Source: Mobula hypostoma
Lineage: Eukaryota
Length of the DNA: 64,000 bases
Direction of reading: 5' to 3'
NCBI RefSeq assembly: GCF_963921235.1
Contig: NC_086100.1
Location: forward strand, 199,146,001 to 199,210,000
Each line of letters opens with the position of its first letter. Position 1 is the stretch's first letter. The notes under the pieces are model-generated. The model ran no database searches. It saw only the letters and a program-made list of their open reading frames with translations, and was not told the origin of the DNA. Both the position numbers and the translations under genes were made by a program. Of the stretch, positions 12,758-24,040 are shown piece by piece.

Positions 12758-15150
12758 GTGAGTGCTGACAGCCTGGTTTATTGTTGTCACAGCTATCCAG
12801 GAACACTTTGTCTTGCCAGACTTACCATTTCAAAATGGAGGCAGCGTAAGGTGAATAGAATGCAGAATATAATCAGACCTGCACTCTACTGCAGTACACA
12901 CTCCCCTTCAGACCCGTTTCTGCACTAACACACAGCCCACTGGAGGAACTCATGACTACATGGCCAGTTCTGCCATGGTGAAATGGTGTCACGGGTAGAT
13001 AGGGTCATAAAGAAAGCTTTTGGCCCATTGGCCTTCGTAAATCTTAAGTATTGAGTACAAGAGATGAAATGTTATCTTTAATTTGTCTAAGACATACATT
13101 GGTGAGGCATAATTTGGAGTTTTGTGTGCAGTTTTGGTCACTTGCTTACAGGAAAGATGTAAGTAAGGTTGAAAGAGTACAAGAGAAAATTTACAAGGAT
13201 GTTGCTGGGTCTGGAGGACGCGAATTATAGGGAAAGTTTGAATAGATTAGGACATTATTCCTGGGAGCATAGGAGATTGAGGGGAGATTTGATAGACCAA
13301 AGTCCATAAAATATAGGAGCAGAACTAGGCTATTTAGTCCATCGAGTCTGCACCACCATTTCATCATGGCTGATCCATTTTTCCTCTCAGCCCCAATCTC
13401 CTGCCTTCTCCCCGTATCCCTTCATGCCCTGACCAGTCAAGAATCTATCAACCTCTGCCTTAAGTATACATAAAGTCTTGGCCTCCACCGTGCCTGTGGC
13501 AAAGAATTCCACAGATTCATCACTTTCTGGCTAAAGAATTTCCTCCTCATCTGTTCTGAAAGGATGCCCCTCTATTCTGAGGCTGTGTCCTCTGATCTTA
13601 CACCTTCCGACCATAGGAAACATCATCTCCACATCTGCAAACTTTGCTACAAAGCCCTAATCATTGACATAATGTAAAAAGAATCAACCCAGACCTTGAT
13701 GGAACTCCACTAATCACTGGCAGCCAACCAGAAAAGGCTCCCTTTATTCCCAGTCTTTGCCTGCTGCCAATCAGCCACTGTTTTATCCATGCTAGAATCT
13801 TTCCTGTAATGCCATGGGCTTGTAGCTTGTTAAACAGCCTTGTGCGTGGCACCTTGTCAAATGACTTCTGAAAATCCAAGTACGCAACATCAACCGATTC
13901 TCCTTTCTGTCCTGCTTGATGTATCTTCAAAGAATTCCAACAGATTTGTCAGGCAAGATTTTCCCTTGATGAAACCATGCTGACTGTGGCCTATTTTATC
14001 ATTACCTCTATGTACCCTGAAATCATATCCTTAACAACAGAGTCTGTCTTCATAACCACTGAGGTCAGACTAACTAGCTTATAGTTTCCCTCCTGCTGCC
14101 TCTCTCCCTTCTTGAAGAGTGGAGTGACATTTGCAATTTTCCATTCTTCCAGAAACAATCCAGAATCAAGTGCTTCTTGAAAGACCATTGCTAATGCATC
14201 CACAATCTCTTCAGCCACCTCTTTCAGAACCCTGTGGTGGACACCATCTGGCCCAGGTGATTATCTACCCTGGGACCTTTCAGTTTCCCAAGAACCTTCT
14301 CTGTAGTACTGGTAACTTTGTACACACTTCATGACCCCGGATACCTTTGACTTTCACCATACTGCTGCTGTCTTCCACAGTGAAGACTGATGCAAAATAC
14401 AGGTGTCATACAAATCATTCACATACAGGTGTCCCCCGCTTTTCGAACGTTCGCTTTACGAAACCTCACTGTTACGAAAGACCTACATTAGTTCCCTGTT
14501 TTCGCTAACAGAAGGTGTTTTTACTGTTACGATAAAAGGCAGTGCACGATAAAAAGCAGAGCACGCCCCGAGCAGCCGCTCTCCCCCGGATTCGGAACGG
14601 CATTCTAGCCGGCATTGCTTAAACACAAGCCTGTGAGCAGCCGTTTGCAAGATGAGTTCTAAGCTATCGGAAAAGCCTAAAAGAGCTCGTAAATGTGTTA
14701 CACTTAGCCTAAAACTAGACATAATTAAGCGTTTCAATCATGGTGAACGAAGGAAGGACAAAGTGAGTTTGGCTTGTGGAAGCTGACAAAGATGATGTTG
14801 AAGAGGTTTTGGCATCCCATGACCAAGAACTAATAGATGAAGAGTTGATGCAATTGGAAGAGGAAAGGATAACAATTGAAACCGAATGCAGTAGTGAATG
14901 GACCGAAAGTGAAGTCCTCCAGGAACTGAACATGAAGCAACTGCATGAGATTTTCGCTGCAATGATAAAGTACAACTTTAATTTTGAAAGGGTACGTCGG
15001 TTTAGGGCATATTTGCAAGATGTTTTGAGTGCTTACAAAGAACTGTATGATCTAAAAATGCGCGAGGCTAGCAGTCAAGCAAGCTTTCCACATCAGCCAC
15101 AGCAGACGACGAACCTCGACCTTCGACATCGAGGCAGGCAGACATAGAAG

Positions 15151-15365
15151 AAGCAACACTCACAACACGCTGGAGGAACTCAGCAGGTCGGGCAGCATCA
15201 GTGGAAAAGATCGATCGATATTTCAGGCCGGAACCTTCGTCCTGACGAAGGGTTCCGGCCTGAACCGTCGATCAATCTTTTCCACTGATGCTGCCCGACC
15301 TGCTGAGTTCCTCCAGCGTGTTGTGAGTGTTGCTTTGACCCCAGCATCTGCAGACTATTTTGTGT
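15151..15365. repeat. Penelope pLTR-derived foldback hairpin inserted in the Tigger
   Basis: ~90-bp inverted arms centred at 15242-15243; flanking duplication AGACATAGAAGAAG / AGACAGAGAAGAAG. Confidence 0.85.
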
Positions 15366-15470
15366 AGACAGAGAAGAAGATGACCTGCCTGCCCTGATGG
15401 AAACAGACGACACCTCAGTGTCCCACCACCCTAACCCCTGGGCCGTGGACCGATACATTGCCGCGGAGAA

Positions 15471-15706
15471 TGCAGTGGTAGCCAGGAGGCACCCAGCACA
15501 TCTTTAAGAAAAAAGCCGAAATGAAAAAGCTAATTAATTAGGTGCCGCCTGGCACGTAAATGTCGGCCCAGGGCAGAGGTGATTGCCGATTGCGTCGCCT
15601 CTGATCTGGGCTGATGTTTACGTGCCGGGCGGCACCTAAGTAATTAGCTTGTTTATTTTGGCTTTTTTCTTAAAGATGTGTTGGGTGTGTCTTGGCTACC
15701 GCTGTA
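15471..15706. repeat. Imperfect ~235-bp palindrome within the Tigger
   Basis: GGTAGCCAGGAGGCACCCAGCACATCTTTAAGAAAAAAGCC is mirrored by GGCTTTTTTCTTAAAGATGTGTTGGGTGTGTCTTGGCTACC. Confidence 0.85.
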
Positions 15707-16807
15707 TACTTCGCAGATCGGTATTGGTGGGCGGCCTAGAGGGTGGGGGCCACTGCACCGCCCCAACCTCTGATGACTCAGCCTAACACACCATCATCAG
15801 TGTGCTCGCTGTCTTCCCAATTCTGGTAGGTGATATTACACTGTACATACATTATTTCTACTTTATATAGGTTGTGTATTTTTATGCGTTATTTGGTATG
15901 ATTTGGCAGCTTCATAGCTTAAAGGTTACTGGAGAGAGTATTTTCGCCGAGAGTGCTTGCGTGAGATTTTCTGCCGAGAGCGCTTGCGTGAGATTTTCGC
16001 TATGGGGAACAGTGCAGGCAATGATTGTAGAGAAGTATTTCTACTTTATATAGGCTGTATATTTATCATATCATTCCTGCTCTTACTATATGTTACTGTT
16101 ATTTTAGGTTTTATGTGTTATTTGGCATGATTTGGTAGGTTATTTTTGGGTCTGTGAATGCTCGCAAATTTTTCCCATATAAATAAATGGTAATTGCTTC
16201 TTCGCTTTACAACCTTACAGCTTACGAACTGTTTCATAGGAACACTCTATCTTCAGATGGCAGGGGAACCCTGTATTCAGTTTGTCCACCATTTCCTTGT
16301 CCCCCATTACTACCCCTCCAGCTTTGTTTTCGAGTGGTCCGATATCCACTCTCATCTCTTTTTTTACACTTTATATATCTGAAGAAACTTATGGTGTCCT
16401 CTTTAATATTATTAGCTGGCTTACTTTCGTATTCCATCTTTACCTTCTTAATTAGGGGTCCCCAACCTTTTTTGCACTGCGGACCGGTTTAATATTGACA
16501 ATATTCTTGCGGACCGGCCGACTGGGGTGGGGGGGGGGGTGGGGCGCGGGTAGGGTTGCCGACGAACAAGAGTAGCGCTCAGATGTGTTGTTTACCCAAA
16601 GACTACAATGACCATGAAGCCTTGCGCGGGCACCAATGCGCATGCGCTTCGTGACCTGCCCCGCGCGCACGCGCGCTCTCCCTCTCCTTCCCTCCCCAAA
16701 TCCTTTTTGGCGATTCTGTCCGTGGGGGTGGGTGCTAATCACTACCGGAATATAGGTGATAAGTGGGTAATACACTCAATTTTGTTTCTAAAAAGGAAAA
16801 ATTTGTT

Positions 16808-18323
16808 GGATGCATTAGTGATAATTTTTCAAAACTCGTTAGATTCTGGACTAGTTCCTGAGGATTGGAGGGTGGCTAATGTAACCCCACTTTTTAAAAA
16901 AGGAGGGAGAGAGAAACCGGGGAATTATAGACCGGTTAGCCTAACGTCGGTGGTGGGGAAACTGCTGGAGTCAGTTATCAAGGATGTGATAACAGCACAT
17001 TTGGAAAGCAGTGAAATGATCGGACAAAGTCAGCATGGATTTGTGAAAGGAAAATCATGTCTGACGAATCTCATAGAATTTTTTGATGATGTAACTAGTC
17101 GAGTGGATAGGGGAGAACCAGTGGATGTGGTATATTTGGATTTTCAAAAGGCTTTTGACAAGGTCCCACACAGGAGATTAGTGTGCAAACTTAAAGCACA
17201 CGGTATTGCGGGTAAGTATTGGTGTGGGTGGAGAATTGGTTAGCAGACAGGAAGCAAAGAGTGGGAATAAACGGGACCTTTTCAGAATGGCAGGCGGTGA
17301 CTAGTGGGGTACCACAAGGCTCAGTGCTGGGACCCCAGTTGTTTACAATATATATTAATGACTTGGATGAGGGAATTAAATGCAGCATCTCCAAGTTTGC
17401 GGATGACACGAAGCTTGGCGGCAGTGTTAGCAGTGAGGAGGATGCTAAGAGGATGCAGGGTGACTTGGATAGGTTGGGTGAGTGGGCAAACTCATGGCAG
17501 ATGCAATTTAATGTGGATAAATGTGAAGTTATCCACTTTGGTGGCAAAAATAGGAAAACAGATTATTATCTGAATGGTGGCCGATTAGGAAAAGGGGAGG
17601 TGCAACGAGACCTGGGTGTCATTATACACCAGTCATTGAAAGTGGGCATGCAGGTACAGCAGGCGGTGAAAAAGGCAAATGGTATGCTGGCATTTATAGC
17701 GAGAGGATTCGAGTACAGGAGCAGGGAGGTACTACTGCAGTTGTACAAGGCCTTGGTGAGACCACACCTGGAGTATTGTGTGCAGTTTTGGTCCCCTAAT
17801 CTGAGGAAAGACATCTTTGCCATAGAGGGAGTACAAAGAAGGTTCACCAGATTGATTCCTGGGATGGCAGGACTTTCATATGAAGAAAGACTGGATGAAC
17901 TGGGCTTGTACTTGTTGGAATTTAGAAGATTGAGGGGGGATCTGATTGAAACGTATAAGATCCTAAAGTGATTGGACAGGCTAGATGCAGGAAGATTGTT
18001 CCCGATGTTGGGGAAGTCCAGAACGAGGGGCCACCGTTTGAGGATAGAGGGGAAGCCTTTTAGGACCAAGATTAGGAAAAACTTCTTCACATAGAGAGTG
18101 GTGAATCTGTGGAATTCTCTGCCACAGGAAACAGTTGAGGCCAGTTCATTGGCTATATTTAAGAGGGAGTTAGATATGGCCCTTGTGGCTACGGGGGTCA
18201 GGGGGTATGGAGGGAAGGCTGGGGCAGGGTTCTGAGTTGGATGATCAGCCATGATCATAATAAATGACGGTGCAGGCTCGAAGGGCCGAATGGCCTACTC
18301 CTGCACCTATTTTCTATGTTTCT
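16808..18323 (+). mobile_element. Young CR1, 5'-truncated RT half
   Basis: Near-identical to 409-3520; frameshift at ~17215 and stop at 17969-17971; complete tail. Confidence 0.95.
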
Positions 18324-18793
18324 AACGAATTTAATATTAAACACGCAGCGCATATTTTCCTCACATGGATATAATAAGTCAATTATCAGGGAAGCTTGAA
18401 GTGTTGAACGAACTTCCAGTAGAAGTGGCAGAAGCAGGTTCGATATTATCATTTGAAGAAAAATTGTACAGGTATATGGACAGGAAAGGAATGGAGGGTT
18501 ATGGGCTGAGTGCAGGTCGGTGGGACTAGGTGAGAGTAGCGTTCGGCACGGACTAGAAGGGCAGAGATGGCCTGTTTCCGTGCTGTAATTGTACATAAGT
18601 CAATAACATCATAACATTTTAAGTAATATTTGGATATTAAACACTCAGCGCATATTTTCCCCATATGAACATATAAAATCATTGCAACACATCAATATCG
18701 CTGAACCAGTGGGAGCCCTGGGCTTGTTTCCCGGCAACAAGACGGACCTATCGAGGAGTGATGGGAGACAGCGATACTCGAAGGAGGTTCCTT

Positions 18794-20038
18794 ATAGAAA
18801 CATAGAAAATAGGTGCAGGAGTAGGCCATTCGGCCCTTCGAGCGTGCACCGCCATTTATTATGATCATGGCTGATCATCCAACTCAGAACCCCGCCCCAG
18901 CCCTCCCTCCATACCTCCTGACCCCTGTAGCCACAAGGGCCATATCTAACTCCCTCTTAAACATAGCCAATGAACTGGCCTCAACAGTTTGCCGTGGCAG
19001 AGAATTCCACAGATTCACCACTCTCTGTGTGAAGAAGTTTTTCCTAATCTCGGTCCTAAAAGGCTTCCCCTCTATCCTCAAACTGTGACTCCTCGTTCTG
19101 GACTTCCCCAACATCGGGAACAATCTTCCTGCATCTAGCCTGTCCAATCCCTTTAGGATCTTATACGTTTCAATCAGATCCCCCCTCAATCTTCTAAATT
19201 CCAACAAGTACAAGCCCAGTTCATCCAGTCTTTCTTCATATGAAAGTCCTGCCATCCCAGGAATCAATCTGGTGAACCTTCTTTGTACTCCCTCTATGGC
19301 AAAGATGTCTTTCCTCAGATTAGGGGACCAAAACTGCACACAATACTCCAGGTGTGGTCTCACCAAGGCCTTGTACAACTGCAGTAGTACCTCCCTGCTC
19401 CTGTACTCGAATCCTCTCGCTATAAATGCCAGCATACCATTTGCCTTTTTCACCGCCTGCTGTACCTGCATGCCCACTTTCAATGACTGGTGTATAATGA
19501 CACCCAGGTCTCGTTGCACCTCCCCTTTTCCTAATCGGCCACCATTCAGATAATAATCTGTTTTCCTATTTTTGCCACCAAAGTGGATAACTTCACATTT
19601 ATCCACATTAAATTGCATCTGCCATGAGTTTGCCCACTCACCCAACCTATCCAAGTCACCCTGCATCCTCTTAGCATCCTCCTCACTGCTAACACTGCCG
19701 CCAAGCTTCGTGTCATCCGCAAACTTGGAGATGCTGCATTTAATTCCCTCATCCAAGTCATTAATATATATTGTAAACAACTGGGGTCCCAGCACTGAGC
19801 CTTGCGGTACCCCACTAGTCACCGCCTGCCATTCTGAAAAGGTCCCGTTTATTCCCACTCTTTGCTTCCTGTCTGCTAACCAATTCTCCACCACACCAAT
19901 ACCTTACCCCCAATACCGTGTGCTTTAAGTTTGCACACTAATCTCCTGTGTGGGACCTTGTCAAAAGCCTTTTGAAAATCCAAATATACCACATCCACTG
20001 GTTCTCCCCTATCCACTCTACTAGTTACATCCTCAAAA
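18794..20038 (-). mobile_element. Young CR1, 5'-truncated, inverted relative to 16808-18323
   Basis: 336-aa RT C-terminal ORF 18884-19894; tail TAGAAACATAGAAAAT on +. Confidence 0.95.
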
Positions 20039-21581
20039 TGTCCAGTCTATTCTGCAATTTAGTTTTCCTTGCATTCATTGCAGAAAACTCCGCTTCGCAG
20101 AAAAATGTTGGAAATGGAAGCAACGTTTTCAGTGCTTTCGTGGCTATCTCAGGACATTTAGCCTTGACTTTGATCCAGAATGCCGACAGAGATGTTATGT
20201 CAAATATACTTCTCAGCCCGTCGACATTTGCAAGCTCGAGGGGTTGATCGCCTTCCCGCCCTGACACGGATGACGCGCGGGTCATGACCTCGCCTGCGTA
20301 ATGACTCAACAGTGGCAGTGACCGGGAATGAGGAAAGGTGCAGCTGACCAAATCATATCGCTTCCTCGCGGCCCAGTAGCGCATGCTCTGCGGCCCGGTG
20401 GTTGGGGACCACTGTTCTTAATAACATTTTAGTTGCCTTCTGTTGTTTTTTAAAAGCATCCCAAACCTCTAACTTCCCACAAATTTTTCCTCTATTATAT
20501 GCCTGTCTTTGGTTTTTCTCTCATGTCTCTGTAAATCCCTTTACTCCACTGTAATACTGATATATCTGGCTTTAGCTGCTGCTTCTCAAATTTCAGGGTG
20601 AATTTGATCATATTATGATTACTTGCCCCTTTGGGTTCTTTTATTTTAAGCTCGCTAATCAATTCTGGTTCATTGCACAACTTTCAATCCAGAATAGCTG
20701 ATCCCCTAGTGAGATCAATCATGAGATGCTCAAAAGAGCCATCTTTTAGGAACGTTAGAAATCTTCCCTCTTGAAATTGAGCACCAACCTGATTTTCCCA
20801 TTCTACCTGCATATTGAAGTCCCCATGACCATTGTAACATTGTCCTTTTGGTATGTATTTTCTACCTCCCGTTGTAATTTGTAGGCCCAGTCCTTACTAT
20901 TGTTTGTGAGTCTGTTTTACCATTGCAGTTCCTCAGCTCTATCTCAATGACTCAACACCTTCAGACCCTGTCACCTCTTTCTAATGATTTTATTTCATTT
21001 TTTGCTTACAGAATACCACCCCCTCTGCCTTCCTGCCTGTCCTTTCTGTACGATGTGTATCTTTGGACATTAAGTTCCCGACTATAATCTTCTTTCAGCC
21101 ATGATTCAGTGATGCTCTCAACATCATACCTGCCAATCTTCAACTGCAACAAGTTCATCTATCATATTCCGTATACTGCACGCATTCAGACATAACACCT
21201 TTTGTCCTCTTATATACCCTTTGTGATTTAGTTCGCCTTTTATGTTGCGACTCATCCTGATAACTGCAATTTTGCCCTGTCAACTGCTTTTCCTTACTAC
21301 ACATTGCCTCTGTGCCTAAACCAGGTACCTCATCTTCAGCACTATCATCCGCCTTTCCTACCACAACTTTGTCTGAGGTCTTACCAGCATCTGCTTCCAC
21401 AACCTCCACTAATTGTTCTGGCACTCTGGTTCCCAGCCTCCTGAAACTCTAGTTTAAACCCACCATGCAGCATTAAGAAACCTTCCCACTGGGATATTAA
21501 TCCCCCTCCAGTTCAGGTGCAAAACGTCCCTTCTGTGCGGGTCCCACCTTCCATGGAAGAGAGCCCAATGATCCAAAAATC

Positions 21582-24040
21582 ATTGGACAAGGGAGAGGCT
21601 GTGGATGTTGTGTATTTCGATTTTCAAAAGGCCTTCAATAAGGTGCCGCATATGAGGCTGCTTAATAAGATGAGAGCCCATACAATTATAGGAAAGGTAT
21701 TGAAATGGGTGGAGCATTGGCTGATAGGCAGAAAGCAAAGGGTGGGAATAAAGGGATCCTATTCTGACTGGTTGCCGGTTACTAGTGGTGTTCCGCAGGG
21801 GTCGGTGTTGGGGCCGCTTCTTTTTACGATGTATATTGATGATTTGGATAATGGATTAAATGGTTTAGTGGCTAAGTTTGCAGATGACACCAAGATAGGT
21901 GGAGGAGCAGGAAATGTTGAAGAAACGGAAAGGTTGCAGAGAGACTTAGTCAGTTTAGGAGAGTGGGCAAAGAAATGGCAGATGAGATACAACGTTGACA
22001 AATGTACGATTGTACATTTCGGAAGAAGAAATAATCGGGCAGATTATTATTTAGATGGGGAGAAAATTCAAAAATCGGAAGTGCAAAGGGACTTGGGGGT
22101 CCTCGTGCAGGATACCCTAAAGGTTAACCACCAAGTTGGATTGGCGGTAAGGAAAGCGAATGCTATGTTGGCATTCATTTCAAGAGGAATAGTGTATAAG
22201 AGTAAGGAGGTGTTGATGAGGCTCTATGGGGCATTAGTGAGACCTCATTTGGAATACTGTGTGCAGTTTTGGGCCCCCTATCTTAGAAAGGATATACTGA
22301 CGTTGGAGAGAGTTCGGAGAAGATTTACGAGGATGATAGTAACAGTAGTAGGATAACAGTAGTAGTGAGGTCGGAGATGGTATTAAACAGGAAATTAGAA
22401 ATGTGTGCAATAAAGGAACAGCAGTTATAATGGGTGACTTCAATCTACGTGTAGATTGGGTGAACCAAATTGGTAAAGGTGCTGAGGAAGAGGAATTCTT
22501 GGAATGTATGCGGGATGGTTTTTTGAACCAACATGTCGAGGAACCAACTAGAGAGCAGGCTATTCTGGACTGGGTTTTGAGCAATGGGGAAGGGTTAATT
22601 AGCGATCTTGTCGTGAGAGGCCCCTTGGGTAAGAGTGACCATAATATGGTGGAATTCTTCATTAAGATGGAGAGTGACATAGTTAATTCAGAAACAAAGG
22701 TTCTGAACTTAAAGAGGGGTAACTTTGAAGGTATGAGACGTGAATTAGCTAAGATAGACTGGCAAATGACACTTAAAGGATTGACGGTGGATATGCAATG
22801 GCAAGCATTTAAAGGTTGCATGGATGAACTACAATAATTGTTCATCCCAGTTTGGCAAAAGAATAAATCAAGGAAGGTAGTGCACCCGTGGCTGACAAGA
22901 GAAAAAGGCGAATGGTATGCTGGCATTTATAGCGAGAGGATTTGAGTACAGGAGCAGGGAGGTACTACTGCAGTTGTACAAGGCCTTGGTGAGACCACAC
23001 CTGGAGTATTGTGTGCAGTTTTGGTCCCCTAATCTGAGGAAAGACATCCTTGCCATAGAGGGAGTACAAAGAAGGTTCACCAGATTGATTCCTGGGATGG
23101 CAGGACTTTCATATGAAGAAAGACTGGATGAACTAGGCTTGTACTCGTTGGAATTTAGAAGATTGAGGGGGGATCTGATTGAAACGTATAAAATCCTAAA
23201 GGGATTGGACAGGCTAGATGTAGGAAGATTGTTCCCGATGTTGGGGAAGTCCAGAACGAGGGGTCACAGTTTGAGGATAAGGGGGAAGCCTTTTAGGACC
23301 GAGATTAGGAAAAACTTCTTCACACAGAGAGTGGTGACTCTGTGGAATTCTCTGCCACAGGAAACAGTTGAGGCCAGTTCATTGGCTATATTTAAGAGGG
23401 AGTTAGATATGGCCCTTGTGGCTACGGGGATCAGGGGGTATGGAGGGAAGGCTGGGGTGGGGTTCTGAGTTGGATGATCAGCCATGATCATAATAAATGG
23501 CGGTGCAGGCTCGAAGGGCCGAATGGCCTACTCCTGCACCTATTTTCTATGTTTCTATGTTTTCTATGATTCCTGGAATGCAGGGGCTAACATATGAGGA
23601 GCGTCTGTCGGCTCTTGGATTGTATTCATTAGAGTATAGAAGAATGAGAGGGGATCTCATAGAAACGTTTTGAATGTTGAAAGGGTTGGACAGAGTAGAT
23701 GTGGAAAGGTTGTTTCCCTTGGTGGGTGAGTCCAGGACAAGAGGCCATAGTCTTAGAATTAGAGGGTACCCAGTTAAAACAGAGATGAGGAGAAATTTTT
23801 TTAGCCAGAAGGTCGTGGATTTGTGGAATTCGTTGCCACATACAGCTGTGGAGGCTCGATCATTGAGGGTGTTTAAGGAGGAGATTGACAGGTATCTAAT
23901 TAGTCAGAGTATCAAGGGATATGGGGAAAAAGCCGGAAATTGGGACTAGATGGGTGAATAGTTTAGCTCATGGGGGAGCTGCGGAGCAGACTCGATGGGC
24001 CGAATGGCCTACTTCTGCTCCTTTGTCTTGTGATCTTGTG
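21582..24040 (+). mobile_element. CR1 of a different subfamily, split by a young CR1
   Basis: RT motifs in ORF 21517-22356; TSD AAAAATC (21575-21581, 24041-24047); TCTTGTGA-type tail. Confidence 0.88.
22338..23568 (+). mobile_element. Young CR1 with ~1.36 kb internal deletion
   Basis: EN segment fused to RT C-terminus at GAAA 22901-22904; TSD ATGAT (22333-22337, 23566-23570). Confidence 0.9.

Larger units (their letters stand above)
14426..16273 (+). mobile_element. Tigger/pogo (TIGD1-like) DNA transposon, internally deleted
   Basis: TA flanks; imperfect TIRs CAGGTGTCCCCCGC / GCAGGGGAACCCTG; N-terminal HTH remnant KRARKCVTLSLKLDIIKRFNHGER and C-terminal DDVEEVLASHDQELIDEELMQLEE; DDE core absent. 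Confidence 0.85.
16453..20414 (-). mobile_element. hAT Charlie/Buster-type non-autonomous element carrying two nested CR1s
   Basis: Perfect 8-bp TSD TTCTTAAT (16445-16452, 20415-20422); TIRs TAGGGGTCCCCAACC / GGTTGGGGACCACTG; transposase C-terminus FWIKVKAKCPEIATKALKTLLPF...NRLDI continues as RNLLRVSLSPITPR*VRLVAGKQAQGSH below 18793. Confidence 0.9.

Noticed and set aside
16808..20038. Single twin-priming or foldback origin for the inverted CR1 pair
   Set aside because: Both arms have their own full 3' tail, and hAT sequence is continuous across the minus copy, indicating two insertions
20025..20384. ZBED5/SCAND3-like host gene
   Set aside because: Only a C-terminal transposase remnant with a stop, inside TIRs and an 8-bp TSD
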